Below, piece after piece: positions 27,936-37,030 of a stretch of 50,267 nucleotides of DNA; within the stretch, counting starts at the first letter, position 1; each line of letters opens with the position of its first letter. The stretch lies in contig JANMKN010000047.1 in NCBI GenBank assembly GCA_031372065.1, forward strand, positions 1-50,267, given 5' to 3'. The notes beneath the pieces are model-generated. The model saw only the letters and a list, made by a program, of their open reading frames with translations. It was not told the DNA's origin and did not search any database. This DNA comes from Abditibacteriaceae bacterium. Lineage in GTDB: Bacteria; Armatimonadota; Abditibacteriia; Abditibacteriales; Abditibacteriaceae. A program made the translations under genes and the position numbers.

Positions 27936-28793
27936 CTACTTCTGAAAATCGTAAGCAGCGTTATGATGCAGATAATCCACGTCGTCCACGAAATGCGCGC
28001 CTATGCGTAAGCCGCTACGCGTTTGCGCGTCTTCGAGCCAAGTCTGCGCGCTGCGCGCAAAGGCCACTTGTCCGCGCGGCCACCACGAGGCGCTGTGAAT
28101 CATGGCAATCATCGGGCGCGGCTCATCGGTGCGATTGGGCATTCCCGCGTGCCACATCCGAATGTCGCGCATGACAATGTCGCCGCACTTCAGCGCTGCC
28201 TGTAGCGGCGGGCGCCGATCGCGCCATTTCGATAGATGCGCCTCGGTGATTCGCAGCGAGCCGTCGTGAACGCAAAACGACGTGTCGTGATGCGTGCCGG
28301 GCCAGAATTCCGTCGCACCGTTGGCTTCGCTCACGTCAACCAAAGGCACATTAACGACAAGGCCAAAAGCCGGCGTCGGATGCTCCAAATTCGGCCACAA
28401 CTGGCCGATGTCGGGATGCACGGGCTGGCGCTCTCCGCCCGGCAGCGCCGTATTCCCCGAATACATCGTGAGTTGCGGATGCCGTCCCAGCACCGCTTGA
28501 GTGATAGCGACGGCAAACGGATTGAACAGCACGTCCTCGAACAAAAAGGGCGCGAACGGCGGCGGGTCTTGCTGCACGTTACCGCTGTTGAAGTTAAACG
28601 GCGCATCGGGACGGGCTAAAATGGTTTCCAAATCGGCCAATGTGCGCGCCTTGAGAGCATCAATGTGCGCCGTCTCGACTACGTTTTCCAAAACCACAAA
28701 GCCGTCGTCCCACAAAGCGCGCACGGCGGCGTTCAGATTGGCTTCGCTAATTTGGTGTTTCTCGCGTTCGGCAGCGGATAAAGTGATTTTCAT
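27936..28793 (-). CDS. Fe(II)/2-oxoglutarate dioxygenase, PhyH family, KanJ-like
   Basis: HPD...H facial triad; VQQDPP, YSGN..LPG, NGATEFWPGTH, WHAGMPN..PRP. Confidence 0.85.
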   Translation of the reverse strand: MKITLSAAEREKHQISEANLNAAVRALWDDGFVVLENVVETAHIDALKARTLADLETILARPDAPFNFNSGNVQQDPPPFAPFLFEDVLFNPFAVAITQAVLGRHPQLTMYSGNTALPGGERQPVHPDIGQLWPNLEHPTPAFGLVVNVPLVDVSEANGATEFWPGTHHDTSFCVHDGSLRITEAHLSKWRDRRPPLQAALKCGDIVMRDIRMWHAGMPNRTDEPRPMIAMIHSASWWPRGQVAFARSAQTWLEDAQTRSGLRIGAHFVDDVDYLHHNAAYDFQK

Positions 28794-28800
28794 TTGACTC

Positions 28801-30240
28801 CTATTTTTCGCCGACCGGCAAGGTGAACGGGGCTACAGCGAGGCCATCCTTCGTGCCGAAATTGGCATTTGGCCACGGCGCCATTGCGTAACGCACTTGT
28901 TCGGGATGCGCGACGCCTTCAGCCTTGACAATTACGTCGGCGCCTTCGATTGATGCGTTCGCTCCGACCCATTTTCCGTCGTTGCCCGCCACTTCAAAGG
29001 CGCGCAACAGCATATCGTCGAGGCTGACAAACGTCTGATCTCCCGTCGAGAAGCGCACACGCACCGCGCCATCTTTTTCGAGCGTGGCACTTTCGGCAAT
29101 CGGCGCCTGCCAATGAATCTTCGCGCCGTGAACGAAGCCCTGCGCCGCCAACGCCGCGCGGCGCCCGACTTCGGCTTTCTGTTTGGGATGAATGTCTTTG
29201 GCGTCGCCGGTATCAACCGTCACGACTAAAGCGGTGTTCGGAATCTCGCGCACGGCGGCGGCTTGCCCCAGTCGCGTGGCGGGAAAACCGCCGGAGTAAT
29301 CGCCGCCGAAGCCGGGCAGTTGCACGATGAGAAATGGCAGGTCAGGTGTTTGAAACTTGTCGCGCCAACCACCGATTAAAGCCGCCAGCGCCGTTTTATA
29401 CTTCAAGCCCATTCCCGAATCCTGCTCGCCTTGATACCACAAAACGCCGGTGAAACTGGCAGGCGTGAGCGGATTGATGAGCGCGTTGTAAATGTAGGTC
29501 GGCGTGTCGGGATAGCCCAATGGCGGCACGAACCAGCCGTTAAAATCGGGCGCGACATCTTTAATCTTCTCGTCGTAACGCGCCAAATCGCCGGAGAAAT
29601 CTTTGGTCAAACCCTCGCGCGGCGTCCACGCAATCGCTCGCGTGCCGCCCCATGCCCCCACCACGATGCCGACCGGCACGCCGCTTTTTCGCAGATTGGA
29701 AGCGAAGCTCCACGCCACAGCCGAGGTGCCGCGTGCGCTTTCGGGCGACGAAGTGCGCCATTTCGCTTTGTCTTGATCGGGTAAGTCGCGCCGAGGATAA
29801 GGCCGCGCCGACAAACCTAAACCGAAGATGCGAAGCTGCGAATCGGCGGGCTGTTCGGCGGCGATGGGCGCCACATCGCTGTCTTTGACGCTGAGGCCCA
29901 TGTTCGACTGTCCGGCGCACAGCCATAAATCGCCGACAAGCACATCCGGCACGATGGTTTCGCCGGACGGCGCCGCAATCTTCATTTCATACGGGCCGCC
30001 CGCTTTCAAAGCAGGCAATTTCACCTGCCAGCGGCCTTTGTCATCGGCGGCGCCAGTCGCGTTTTGTCCGGCGAGGGCAACCGAAACCATTTCGCCCGGC
30101 GCGGCTTTGTCGCCCCAAAGGACGAGCGGTTTGTCGCGCGCCACGACGCTTCCCGCGCCAAATAGCGGGAACGGCTGCGGCGCGGCGCAAAGCGACGTGG
30201 CTGTAAAAGCCACTGCGACGAGTGCAATCAAATTCTTCAT
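28801..30240 (-). CDS. Sialate O-acetylesterase (SASA) family, exported
   Basis: GQSNM, WYQGE and DIHP motifs; signal peptide MKNLIALVAVAF coupled to the GH2 stop. Confidence 0.88.
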   Translation of the reverse strand: MKNLIALVAVAFTATSLCAAPQPFPLFGAGSVVARDKPLVLWGDKAAPGEMVSVALAGQNATGAADDKGRWQVKLPALKAGGPYEMKIAAPSGETIVPDVLVGDLWLCAGQSNMGLSVKDSDVAPIAAEQPADSQLRIFGLGLSARPYPRRDLPDQDKAKWRTSSPESARGTSAVAWSFASNLRKSGVPVGIVVGAWGGTRAIAWTPREGLTKDFSGDLARYDEKIKDVAPDFNGWFVPPLGYPDTPTYIYNALINPLTPASFTGVLWYQGEQDSGMGLKYKTALAALIGGWRDKFQTPDLPFLIVQLPGFGGDYSGGFPATRLGQAAAVREIPNTALVVTVDTGDAKDIHPKQKAEVGRRAALAAQGFVHGAKIHWQAPIAESATLEKDGAVRVRFSTGDQTFVSLDDMLLRAFEVAGNDGKWVGANASIEGADVIVKAEGVAHPEQVRYAMAPWPNANFGTKDGLAVAPFTLPVGEK

Positions 30241-33200
30241 CAAACTCCCACTTCCACCCAAAACGTCAATGGTTTTCCAGTTTCCCACTTTGCCCACGCC
30301 GCCGGATTGAACCACACTCTGTCCATTTCGCCCCACACGCCGTAGCCCGTATACCAGTTGAACAATCGCTTATCGAAGCCAATCGTGACCGCGCCTTTTT
30401 CGGTCAGGGCCTCGACGGGATAAACCAAAGGCGCGTCTATTTTGTTGACCAATGGCTGCAACACCTTCACGTCTAACCACATTCCGGGCGCAGGATCAAA
30501 GGTTTGCTTGGGCGTGAACGAATACTCGGTGCGAACTCCAAACGGGCGCAGAATCGTTTTTTGCGTCCAACTCAGCGCGTCGTTGTCGCCGTTTTTAACC
30601 TCGTAAACGCGGTTGCCGTCCGGCGTGGTCGAAACCGTCACGATAGGATTGTTCGTCCGTGAATTGACTTTGTCTTTGCCTTTTTCCCAACTCCAATTGT
30701 TCATTCGCACCAAAGGGCTGCCGTCGGCTTTGTAGAGAACCGGAATCGAGCCGTCTTTCAACACGACGACGCCGTAGCGGTCGTTTTGCCACTGCTCCAG
30801 CACTTGATCGGCTTTGATGCTCGCGGGCAGCAGCGCGGCTAAATCGGGCTTGACGAAACCCGCCGCGCCTTCGACACGATTGGCAGCGGTGACGGCAAAG
30901 ACAAAGGCCTCGCCGCTGCCTTTGGTGCCGGGGCTGAGGATGTCAACCGATTCGATTTCGTCTTCGGGACGCGGGTTGTCCCAAATCATCTGAAACACGC
31001 CGACTTGCACGCCGTAGCCTTTGGCGCCTTCGTTCTGCCCGCTCCATGCGACGGTCGCGCCGCCTTTGAACGCATCGCCGTTAGCGATCTTCTCGACGCC
31101 CCACTGATCGCCGATATTCTCTTCCTTCACTTCGACATCAATATAAGGCATCGGCATTCCCGGAATCCATTCTTTGCGCGCTTTGGTGAAGTAAACGCGA
31201 TAAGTGAACGAAGGAATGCCCCACGCCGAGTTGTGCAGGAAGTAAAGGCGGTCGGCCTTACGATGAACCGGAATGCCCTTAACTTCGCGCGGATGGATAT
31301 TCGCGTTGACGGTTCCGGCAAGGGCAATCACACCGTTGTCGTTCAATTTGTCGGGGTCAACGAGTTCGTATTCGACGCCTTTGAAGTTCTGGCGGCCTTT
31401 GGGGAACATTCGGAAGTCTTTGTCCGCGCCCTGCTGATGCCAGCCGCGCCGCCCGTTCGGATCGTCCTTCAGCGGCCAGTTGACGAATTTATCCAATGGA
31501 ATCGGCGTGAAGGCCCAGCGTTCGGCTGGCCCGGTTTGCGTTTGGATGCCGTCGGCCACGAAGCGCCCGCCCAGGTTCGCCAGCAGCGTTGTGAACACGA
31601 CCGCCATCTTGCGAACCGCGTAATCTAAGTTGCGTGTTTCGTTGAGCAGGATTTTGCCCTTGCCGGCTTCGATCTCGCCGATGTAAGGCGGATTGGTCAG
31701 CGCCTTGAAGCCGCTTCCACTCAGGCGATAGTGCGCCAGACTTTCGTTGCTTTTGCCGTCGGGCTTAAACAGCGTGTCCACGCCTTCGACGCCGCCGAAC
31801 AGGTTGTTGCCGTTCACGAAGAGCGAATCGTGTGTCAGGCCCGCCGTTATCGGCGAGTAGGCGCTGAGATAAGCGCGGTTTCCCGCGTATTCTTCGCGTT
31901 TGACGCTCGCTCCCGACAGCGCGTTAATCCAACTGAGTGTGTCGTCATCGGGCGTTTGCACGAAGAAATTTGTGCCGTTGGCGATGGCGGTTTTGAGCGC
32001 GTTCGTCACTTCAGGCGCAGCCAGTTTCGCGCGGATGTTAGCGTCGGCGCCATCTAAAACGATGAGCTTCGCGCCCGCGACTTGCTGCGGGGTCGGCGTG
32101 TCGGTGAGCAGTCCTTCCAAGCCCATGCGGGCGCGCAAAGCGACGATTTTCTTGGCGTCAGCAAAGAGAATAAGGGTTGAGAGTTCAGGGGGCAGAGTTT
32201 GGCTCGTTTCCCTGACCGCTGATCGCTGACTGCTGCCCGCTGCCGGAGCAAACGGTGAAGGCGCTCCCGTCCAAGCCAGCAGGTTGGCGAACAAGCGATT
32301 CGCCGCCGGTTCCACGCCCAGCGCCGCGCGCAGGTTGAGTTGGCAAAACAAGACGCGGCCCGCGCCTTCGGCGGCTTCTAAAACCGCCGCATTATTGGAG
32401 CGCACGTAAACGCGCGTCAGGCCGCTCGCGGGCAGTTCAATTGAGTTCCACTCGCTGATCCAATCTTTATCGAGCGTGTTCCAGTATTGAAAATCGCGGT
32501 TCACCAAACCGTCCGTGACAACCGACGGCCCGGCAGAATACGCTAAGGCCGATTTGTCGTCAGCCTGCACGAAGCGGCGGTTCAAGAACGACGGCAGCGA
32601 GCGATGGTCAAGCACAATGACGCGCCCGCCGCCGTTCACCTTCTGCCGCAAAATCGGCAACTGCGCGCCGTCGGCTTTGGCCAACCCTTCGGAGCCGATA
32701 AGCAGCGTGTTATTCGGCGCGGGCGTCCAATCGCTGATTTTGGCGACCGGCGCAAACGGCACCTTGTTTTGCGTCAGGAACTTCGAGGTGAAGCCAACCG
32801 GATCGAAAACGAAGAGCTTCTGACCGGCAGGAAGCGCGAACTTTTGCGGCGCGAAGCCGGTGATTGTCACGTCGTCGCGGAAATAACCATCGTAGCCATC
32901 GGCGCTCACTTCGACGTGCAGGCGATATTCTTTGTCCTCATTCGCGGCGGGCAATTTCCAATCGAGCGACACATCGGCGAACGCGGCGGCTTTGAGAATT
33001 TGCGCGAAATCTTTGCTGCCGATGAGCTTTTCGCCGTCGAAAAGTTGGAAGCGAGCCAGCACGCGCCGCGTGCCGCTCAAGTCGTGGAAGATGCGCCACG
33101 TTGTTGAAATCGGAGCGCCGTTTTCAAAGCGCGTGCGGCGGTCAATCGAAGCCGCCGCCAGAGGCTGCACCCAGCGTCCGACGCCACGATCAACGTGAAT

Positions 33201-35645
33201 AATCGAGAGCGAACTGCCCGCGACGCGCAGATTTTGCGCTTGATTGCGGCGCAGCGACACGCCGTTAAGCCAGTGCAGCGAGGCGCCGTCTTTAGAGTTG
33301 TCCAGCCCAACCCAACCCGCCGGGCCGTTCAAATCGGCGTTAATGGCTTGTTCGTAGTAGTAACTTTCCGAGTAGAACACGGCCTGACTGTCAATGATTT
33401 CGAGTTTGGAATCGGGCGTGGCATCTTTGGGCCGCACCCAATACTGGCCGGTTTTGCGCGCTTTCTCATAGGCGGGGCGCTCGTCGGGATGGTAATGGAA
33501 CCAGTCGGAGCGATTGTCGTGCGACGGAAAACCGTGCCGGTCGAATACTTCAGCGCCGGGAACATAGTTCGGAATCCCGCCCGAATTGGTGATGAGGCGC
33601 GTCGGGTCAACGGCGCGCTGCGCCTGATACGCCTTATTCATGCGCTCGGCCTCGCCGGGCCGCGCAAAGTTGAGTTCGTTGCCGTAATCCCAAAACATCA
33701 GCGCCGCGCGGTTGGACAGGTTGTGATAGTAGGCTTGCAGGTGCGCTTCCATGCGCTGCCACAAACGCTCGTCCTGAAAGCCGTAGGTTTCGCGGTGCAA
33801 GGCGCCCATGCCGCCGTCCTCGATTTTCATCGGCATTCCCAACTCGTCGGCCATGTTCTGCGCGATGGGGCCGCTCATCAGGCCATTTTCAGCCGGCCAA
33901 TAATAGCGCACCATGCGGCTGTAATAGGGCACGGCGGGCCACGCGAAATCATCGAAGGCCGCGATGTGCGAGGCGCCAATCCAGTTGACGCGCTCGCCGT
34001 TGAGCGCGAAGTGCTGCCCTTGCTTCTCGAACTGGCGAAAGCCGAAGCGGTCGCGCCGCACGTCCAGCACATTGCCCGCGTCGTCTTTCAACTCCGTGCG
34101 AAACTCATACAGATTCGGCGATTCGGGATTCCACAGCTTCGCATTCGGCACGTCCACCACGCCGGAATCGCCTTTAACGGTGCTTTGCGCGGGAATCGCA
34201 ACGGCGGGCAAGGTTTTAGTGAGAATCGGTTTGCCATGATCTAAAACGGTAATGGTTGGCGTGACGCGCACATCGGCGTCGGTGGAATTGGTGAACTCGA
34301 AGAGCGTGTCGAAGTTCCGCGCAGGGGCGGTGCGAGTGCGAACGTGCGTGAAAGTCGTGCTGACATCGGAGGTGCCGATGAGTTCGGTCAGGCCCACGCT
34401 TGGCGCGTTGTCGCCGCCCGTCGGCGAAATGTCGGTGCGAATGACCGGATGACCGGGCAGCACGCCGTCGCCGCTGGTCATCGCTAAAACGAGCGGAATC
34501 TTCGCGCCGGGTTTAGCACTCGGCGGCAGCGTGACGGCCAGCGGCACTTGCCAGCCGTAAAAGCTGCCGATAGTTTTGCCGTCGGCGATAATTGTCGCGT
34601 GCGAATCTAAGCTCGTAAACCACAAACTCGCGCGCGGGCTTGTCCAGTCCGCCGGCACTTCAACGGTCGTGCGAAGCCACGCGGCTTTGACATCATGGCC
34701 CACTTTGTCGCGTTCGGGCTTGCCTTTTTGCCAGCCTTCGGTGGGCAGCGGCTTGTCGAGGCCGTCTTTGGCTTCGGCCCATTCCCACTCCATTTTATTG
34801 CGGTGCCAGTTTTCGGGCCGCGCGAAGTTTTGCCGATTAGTGTCGCCGTGCAGCCACCAGTATTCGGGCGAAGTGCGGCCCAAAGTGGACGTTTGAACGA
34901 CGGTTTTATAGAGCGCGCGGCCCAATTTCGCGGCTTTGACTTCATCGGGCCACGTCACCTGCTTGCGCTCGTTCGGCGCAACCGTCACTTCGCGTTCCGC
35001 AGTTCCGAGCATCGTGCCGAAATAATCTTCGGCGCGAAACGTGACTTTCACCGTGAACGGCAGCGCCGAGCGATTGTTGACGAACGGCCCGTTTTGGTCG
35101 CGGTCAAGCGCAATGGCTTCCTGATAAGTTGCCGGACGAAGGCGCAAGCGGCCAAAGCCGTTGTCGTAAAACTGGTCGAGATATTGGGCGTGAAACGACA
35201 AAACGCTGCGTGGCTTGGCCTTTGTCAGTGGCAAAATCGAGGTGCCTTCGCCCCCGTTCCACTTATCGCCAATGCGGTCGGGGCCTTTGAGCTTTTCGCC
35301 GTCAAATGTGACGTTCGTAATGAGACGCGATTCGTCCCACTCAACGACGACGGGCCAATTGGGGGCGGCATTAGCGGGAAGCTGAACCGGCACGAACCAC
35401 TCGAAGCCAACGCCCGGCGCTGGCAGCAGATGAGCGCGTTGGGAACGGCTCAATCTCTCCAAAATCGGAATCGGCGGCCCCGTTTTCCCCTTTCCCGATG
35501 GGCCGGTATCTCTCCATATCAAGCGGTCGGTGAGATCAATTTCCCACGCCGGTTTTTGCGGCTGGCGATTAATCAGCGGCTCGTTTTGCGCGAAGGCGGA
35601 GCCGCTAAACGCGACCAGCAAAGCTAAACACACAGAAATCTTCAT
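30240..35645 (-). CDS. Large multidomain exported GH2-like glycoside hydrolase (1801 aa)
   Basis: LWNPESPNLY, RFGFRQF..LNGE, WDYGNE (acid/base), DPTRL, FYSE (nucleophile region); additional C-terminal modules. Confidence 0.8.
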   Translation of the reverse strand: MKISVCLALLVAFSGSAFAQNEPLINRQPQKPAWEIDLTDRLIWRDTGPSGKGKTGPPIPILERLSRSQRAHLLPAPGVGFEWFVPVQLPANAAPNWPVVVEWDESRLITNVTFDGEKLKGPDRIGDKWNGGEGTSILPLTKAKPRSVLSFHAQYLDQFYDNGFGRLRLRPATYQEAIALDRDQNGPFVNNRSALPFTVKVTFRAEDYFGTMLGTAEREVTVAPNERKQVTWPDEVKAAKLGRALYKTVVQTSTLGRTSPEYWWLHGDTNRQNFARPENWHRNKMEWEWAEAKDGLDKPLPTEGWQKGKPERDKVGHDVKAAWLRTTVEVPADWTSPRASLWFTSLDSHATIIADGKTIGSFYGWQVPLAVTLPPSAKPGAKIPLVLAMTSGDGVLPGHPVIRTDISPTGGDNAPSVGLTELIGTSDVSTTFTHVRTRTAPARNFDTLFEFTNSTDADVRVTPTITVLDHGKPILTKTLPAVAIPAQSTVKGDSGVVDVPNAKLWNPESPNLYEFRTELKDDAGNVLDVRRDRFGFRQFEKQGQHFALNGERVNWIGASHIAAFDDFAWPAVPYYSRMVRYYWPAENGLMSGPIAQNMADELGMPMKIEDGGMGALHRETYGFQDERLWQRMEAHLQAYYHNLSNRAALMFWDYGNELNFARPGEAERMNKAYQAQRAVDPTRLITNSGGIPNYVPGAEVFDRHGFPSHDNRSDWFHYHPDERPAYEKARKTGQYWVRPKDATPDSKLEIIDSQAVFYSESYYYEQAINADLNGPAGWVGLDNSKDGASLHWLNGVSLRRNQAQNLRVAGSSLSIIHVDRGVGRWVQPLAAASIDRRTRFENGAPISTTWRIFHDLSGTRRVLARFQLFDGEKLIGSKDFAQILKAAAFADVSLDWKLPAANEDKEYRLHVEVSADGYDGYFRDDVTITGFAPQKFALPAGQKLFVFDPVGFTSKFLTQNKVPFAPVAKISDWTPAPNNTLLIGSEGLAKADGAQLPILRQKVNGGGRVIVLDHRSLPSFLNRRFVQADDKSALAYSAGPSVVTDGLVNRDFQYWNTLDKDWISEWNSIELPASGLTRVYVRSNNAAVLEAAEGAGRVLFCQLNLRAALGVEPAANRLFANLLAWTGAPSPFAPAAGSSQRSAVRETSQTLPPELSTLILFADAKKIVALRARMGLEGLLTDTPTPQQVAGAKLIVLDGADANIRAKLAAPEVTNALKTAIANGTNFFVQTPDDDTLSWINALSGASVKREEYAGNRAYLSAYSPITAGLTHDSLFVNGNNLFGGVEGVDTLFKPDGKSNESLAHYRLSGSGFKALTNPPYIGEIEAGKGKILLNETRNLDYAVRKMAVVFTTLLANLGGRFVADGIQTQTGPAERWAFTPIPLDKFVNWPLKDDPNGRRGWHQQGADKDFRMFPKGRQNFKGVEYELVDPDKLNDNGVIALAGTVNANIHPREVKGIPVHRKADRLYFLHNSAWGIPSFTYRVYFTKARKEWIPGMPMPYIDVEVKEENIGDQWGVEKIANGDAFKGGATVAWSGQNEGAKGYGVQVGVFQMIWDNPRPEDEIESVDILSPGTKGSGEAFVFAVTAANRVEGAAGFVKPDLAALLPASIKADQVLEQWQNDRYGVVVLKDGSIPVLYKADGSPLVRMNNWSWEKGKDKVNSRTNNPIVTVSTTPDGNRVYEVKNGDNDALSWTQKTILRPFGVRTEYSFTPKQTFDPAPGMWLDVKVLQPLVNKIDAPLVYPVEALTEKGAVTIGFDKRLFNWYTGYGVWGEMDRVWFNPAAWAKWETGKPLTFWVEVGV
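32212..32246. repeat. Five tandem CTGnnnG heptamers inside the GH2 gene
   Basis: ctgaccg ctgatcg ctgactg ctgcccg ctgccgg. Confidence 0.55.
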
Positions 35646-36664
35646 CGTTTTTCTCCCGACAGGGCCGCTGGCGCCGGCCCAACCGACTGGTTTGCGCCCG
35701 GCGCAAAGGCAATCACGCGCGGCGCAAACTGGCGCGACGGCTCAGCAATTTTTTCCATCAGCATCTCGACGGCGCAGCGTCCGACTTCGCGCTCCGGCCA
35801 TTGCCATCCGCTCAGATGCCAACCCGTCGTCGCGTCGTAAAAGGCGCCATCTCCAAAGGTAATCAGCGACAAATCGCGCGGCACTTGCAGACCTAAATTC
35901 AGCGCCGCACACGCGATGGGCTGCATCGTCAGACTGCTGTAATTGACAAAAGCCGTCGGACGCGGCGAAGCCTTCAGCATTTCCAATGCGACGTGCAGCC
36001 AGCCTTCGCCGTCGTGCGGCCCGCGCATGAGAATCGGCTTGAGCCGCGCTTTTTTCAGCGCCGCCTCGTAGCCCGCGCGCCGTTCTTCGACGCTGTAATG
36101 CGGCGAGCCGTGACTCGTCCACGCGATGCGCCGGTGTCCCAGTTCGATAAGCTGCTGCGTCGCATCGCGTCCGGCTGCGAAGTCGTCGGGGCGCACGCAA
36201 TCGGCCTCATGCCGCGAGTTCAACCACACGGCAGGCAACGCTTGGCGCGCCTGAGTTATCAACGGTTCGGGAATCTCGGCGTTGTAGTTGATAATCAGCC
36301 CGTCGCACATATGCTGGCGCAGAAACTTCGGCGAAAAATCCGCCTGCTCTTCGGGATAACGCGCGAGGGTCAGATGTAAATCGTGTTCGTCCAGCACATC
36401 ACAGATGCCGTCCAGCACGCCCTGAAACAGCGACGAGCGATGCTTGAACTGGCTAAGCAGCAGCGCCACGCAGCCAAAGCGCCCGCTGCGAATCGCCGAC
36501 GCCGCGCCGTTGGGACGATAGCCTAAGCGGTCGGCGACCGCGCGAATCTGCTCGGCGCGCCGAAGGGTGCTGGGCCAGTTCTCTTTATTGCGCCCATTTA
36601 GCACGTTCAGCACCGTGCGCGGCGAAACGCCGGCTTCCACAGCAATGTCATCTAATAGTGCCAT
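35642..36664 (-). CDS. LacI family transcriptional regulator
   Basis: LDDIAVEAGVSPRTV..VLN HTH, LGYRPN, LGHRRIA, VPRDLSLI. Confidence 0.93.
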   Translation of the reverse strand: MALLDDIAVEAGVSPRTVLNVLNGRNKENWPSTLRRAEQIRAVADRLGYRPNGAASAIRSGRFGCVALLLSQFKHRSSLFQGVLDGICDVLDEHDLHLTLARYPEEQADFSPKFLRQHMCDGLIINYNAEIPEPLITQARQALPAVWLNSRHEADCVRPDDFAAGRDATQQLIELGHRRIAWTSHGSPHYSVEERRAGYEAALKKARLKPILMRGPHDGEGWLHVALEMLKASPRPTAFVNYSSLTMQPIACAALNLGLQVPRDLSLITFGDGAFYDATTGWHLSGWQWPEREVGRCAVEMLMEKIAEPSRQFAPRVIAFAPGANQSVGPAPAALSGEKR

Positions 36665-36702
36665 AATCTTCCACGTCGCATATTTTCGACGTGGAAGATT
36701 AT
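36663..36702. promoter_or_regulatory. Perfect 16-bp-arm inverted repeat over the lacI start (candidate operator)
   Basis: ataatcttccacgtcg-catatttt-cgacgtggaagattat. Confidence 0.7.
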
Positions 36703-36727
36703 AACGAGATGGGCATTAACCGCGCAA
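36698..36727 (-). promoter_or_regulatory. Sigma70-type promoter for the lacI-GH2-SASA-dioxygenase operon
   Basis: TTGCGC-N18-TATAAT on the minus strand. Confidence 0.6.
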
Positions 36728-36986
36728 TACCCTCAAGGCTTCCGTTTCCACCTCAGCAGGCTACGAACTCTCCTTTCACAACGCGAAACGTTAATTTCTC
36801 GTATATTCCAGAAAAAATTCGTGAGTCATGCACGCCGCCATTGCCGTTTATTGCCCTACTTTTGAGGCAGCTTTTACGCACTTGGCGTGTTTTATAAGCA
36901 CTCTCGTGAGCTACCCGCTGGTCAATCGCGAATCCTTGCTCCGCCTACTATATGCAAATAATCTCTAAATAAGCCTTAAAAAAGCG

Positions 36987-37022
36987 TTGAATTTCTCTAC
37001 CGTTCTGACGTAGAATAGAGAA
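36987..37022 (+). promoter_or_regulatory. Sigma70-type promoter with overlapping inverted repeat, for the rightward operon
   Basis: TTGAAT-N18-TAGAAT; ttctcta (36993) and tagagaa (37016) arms. Confidence 0.55.
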
Positions 37023-37030
37023 CGATTCCT

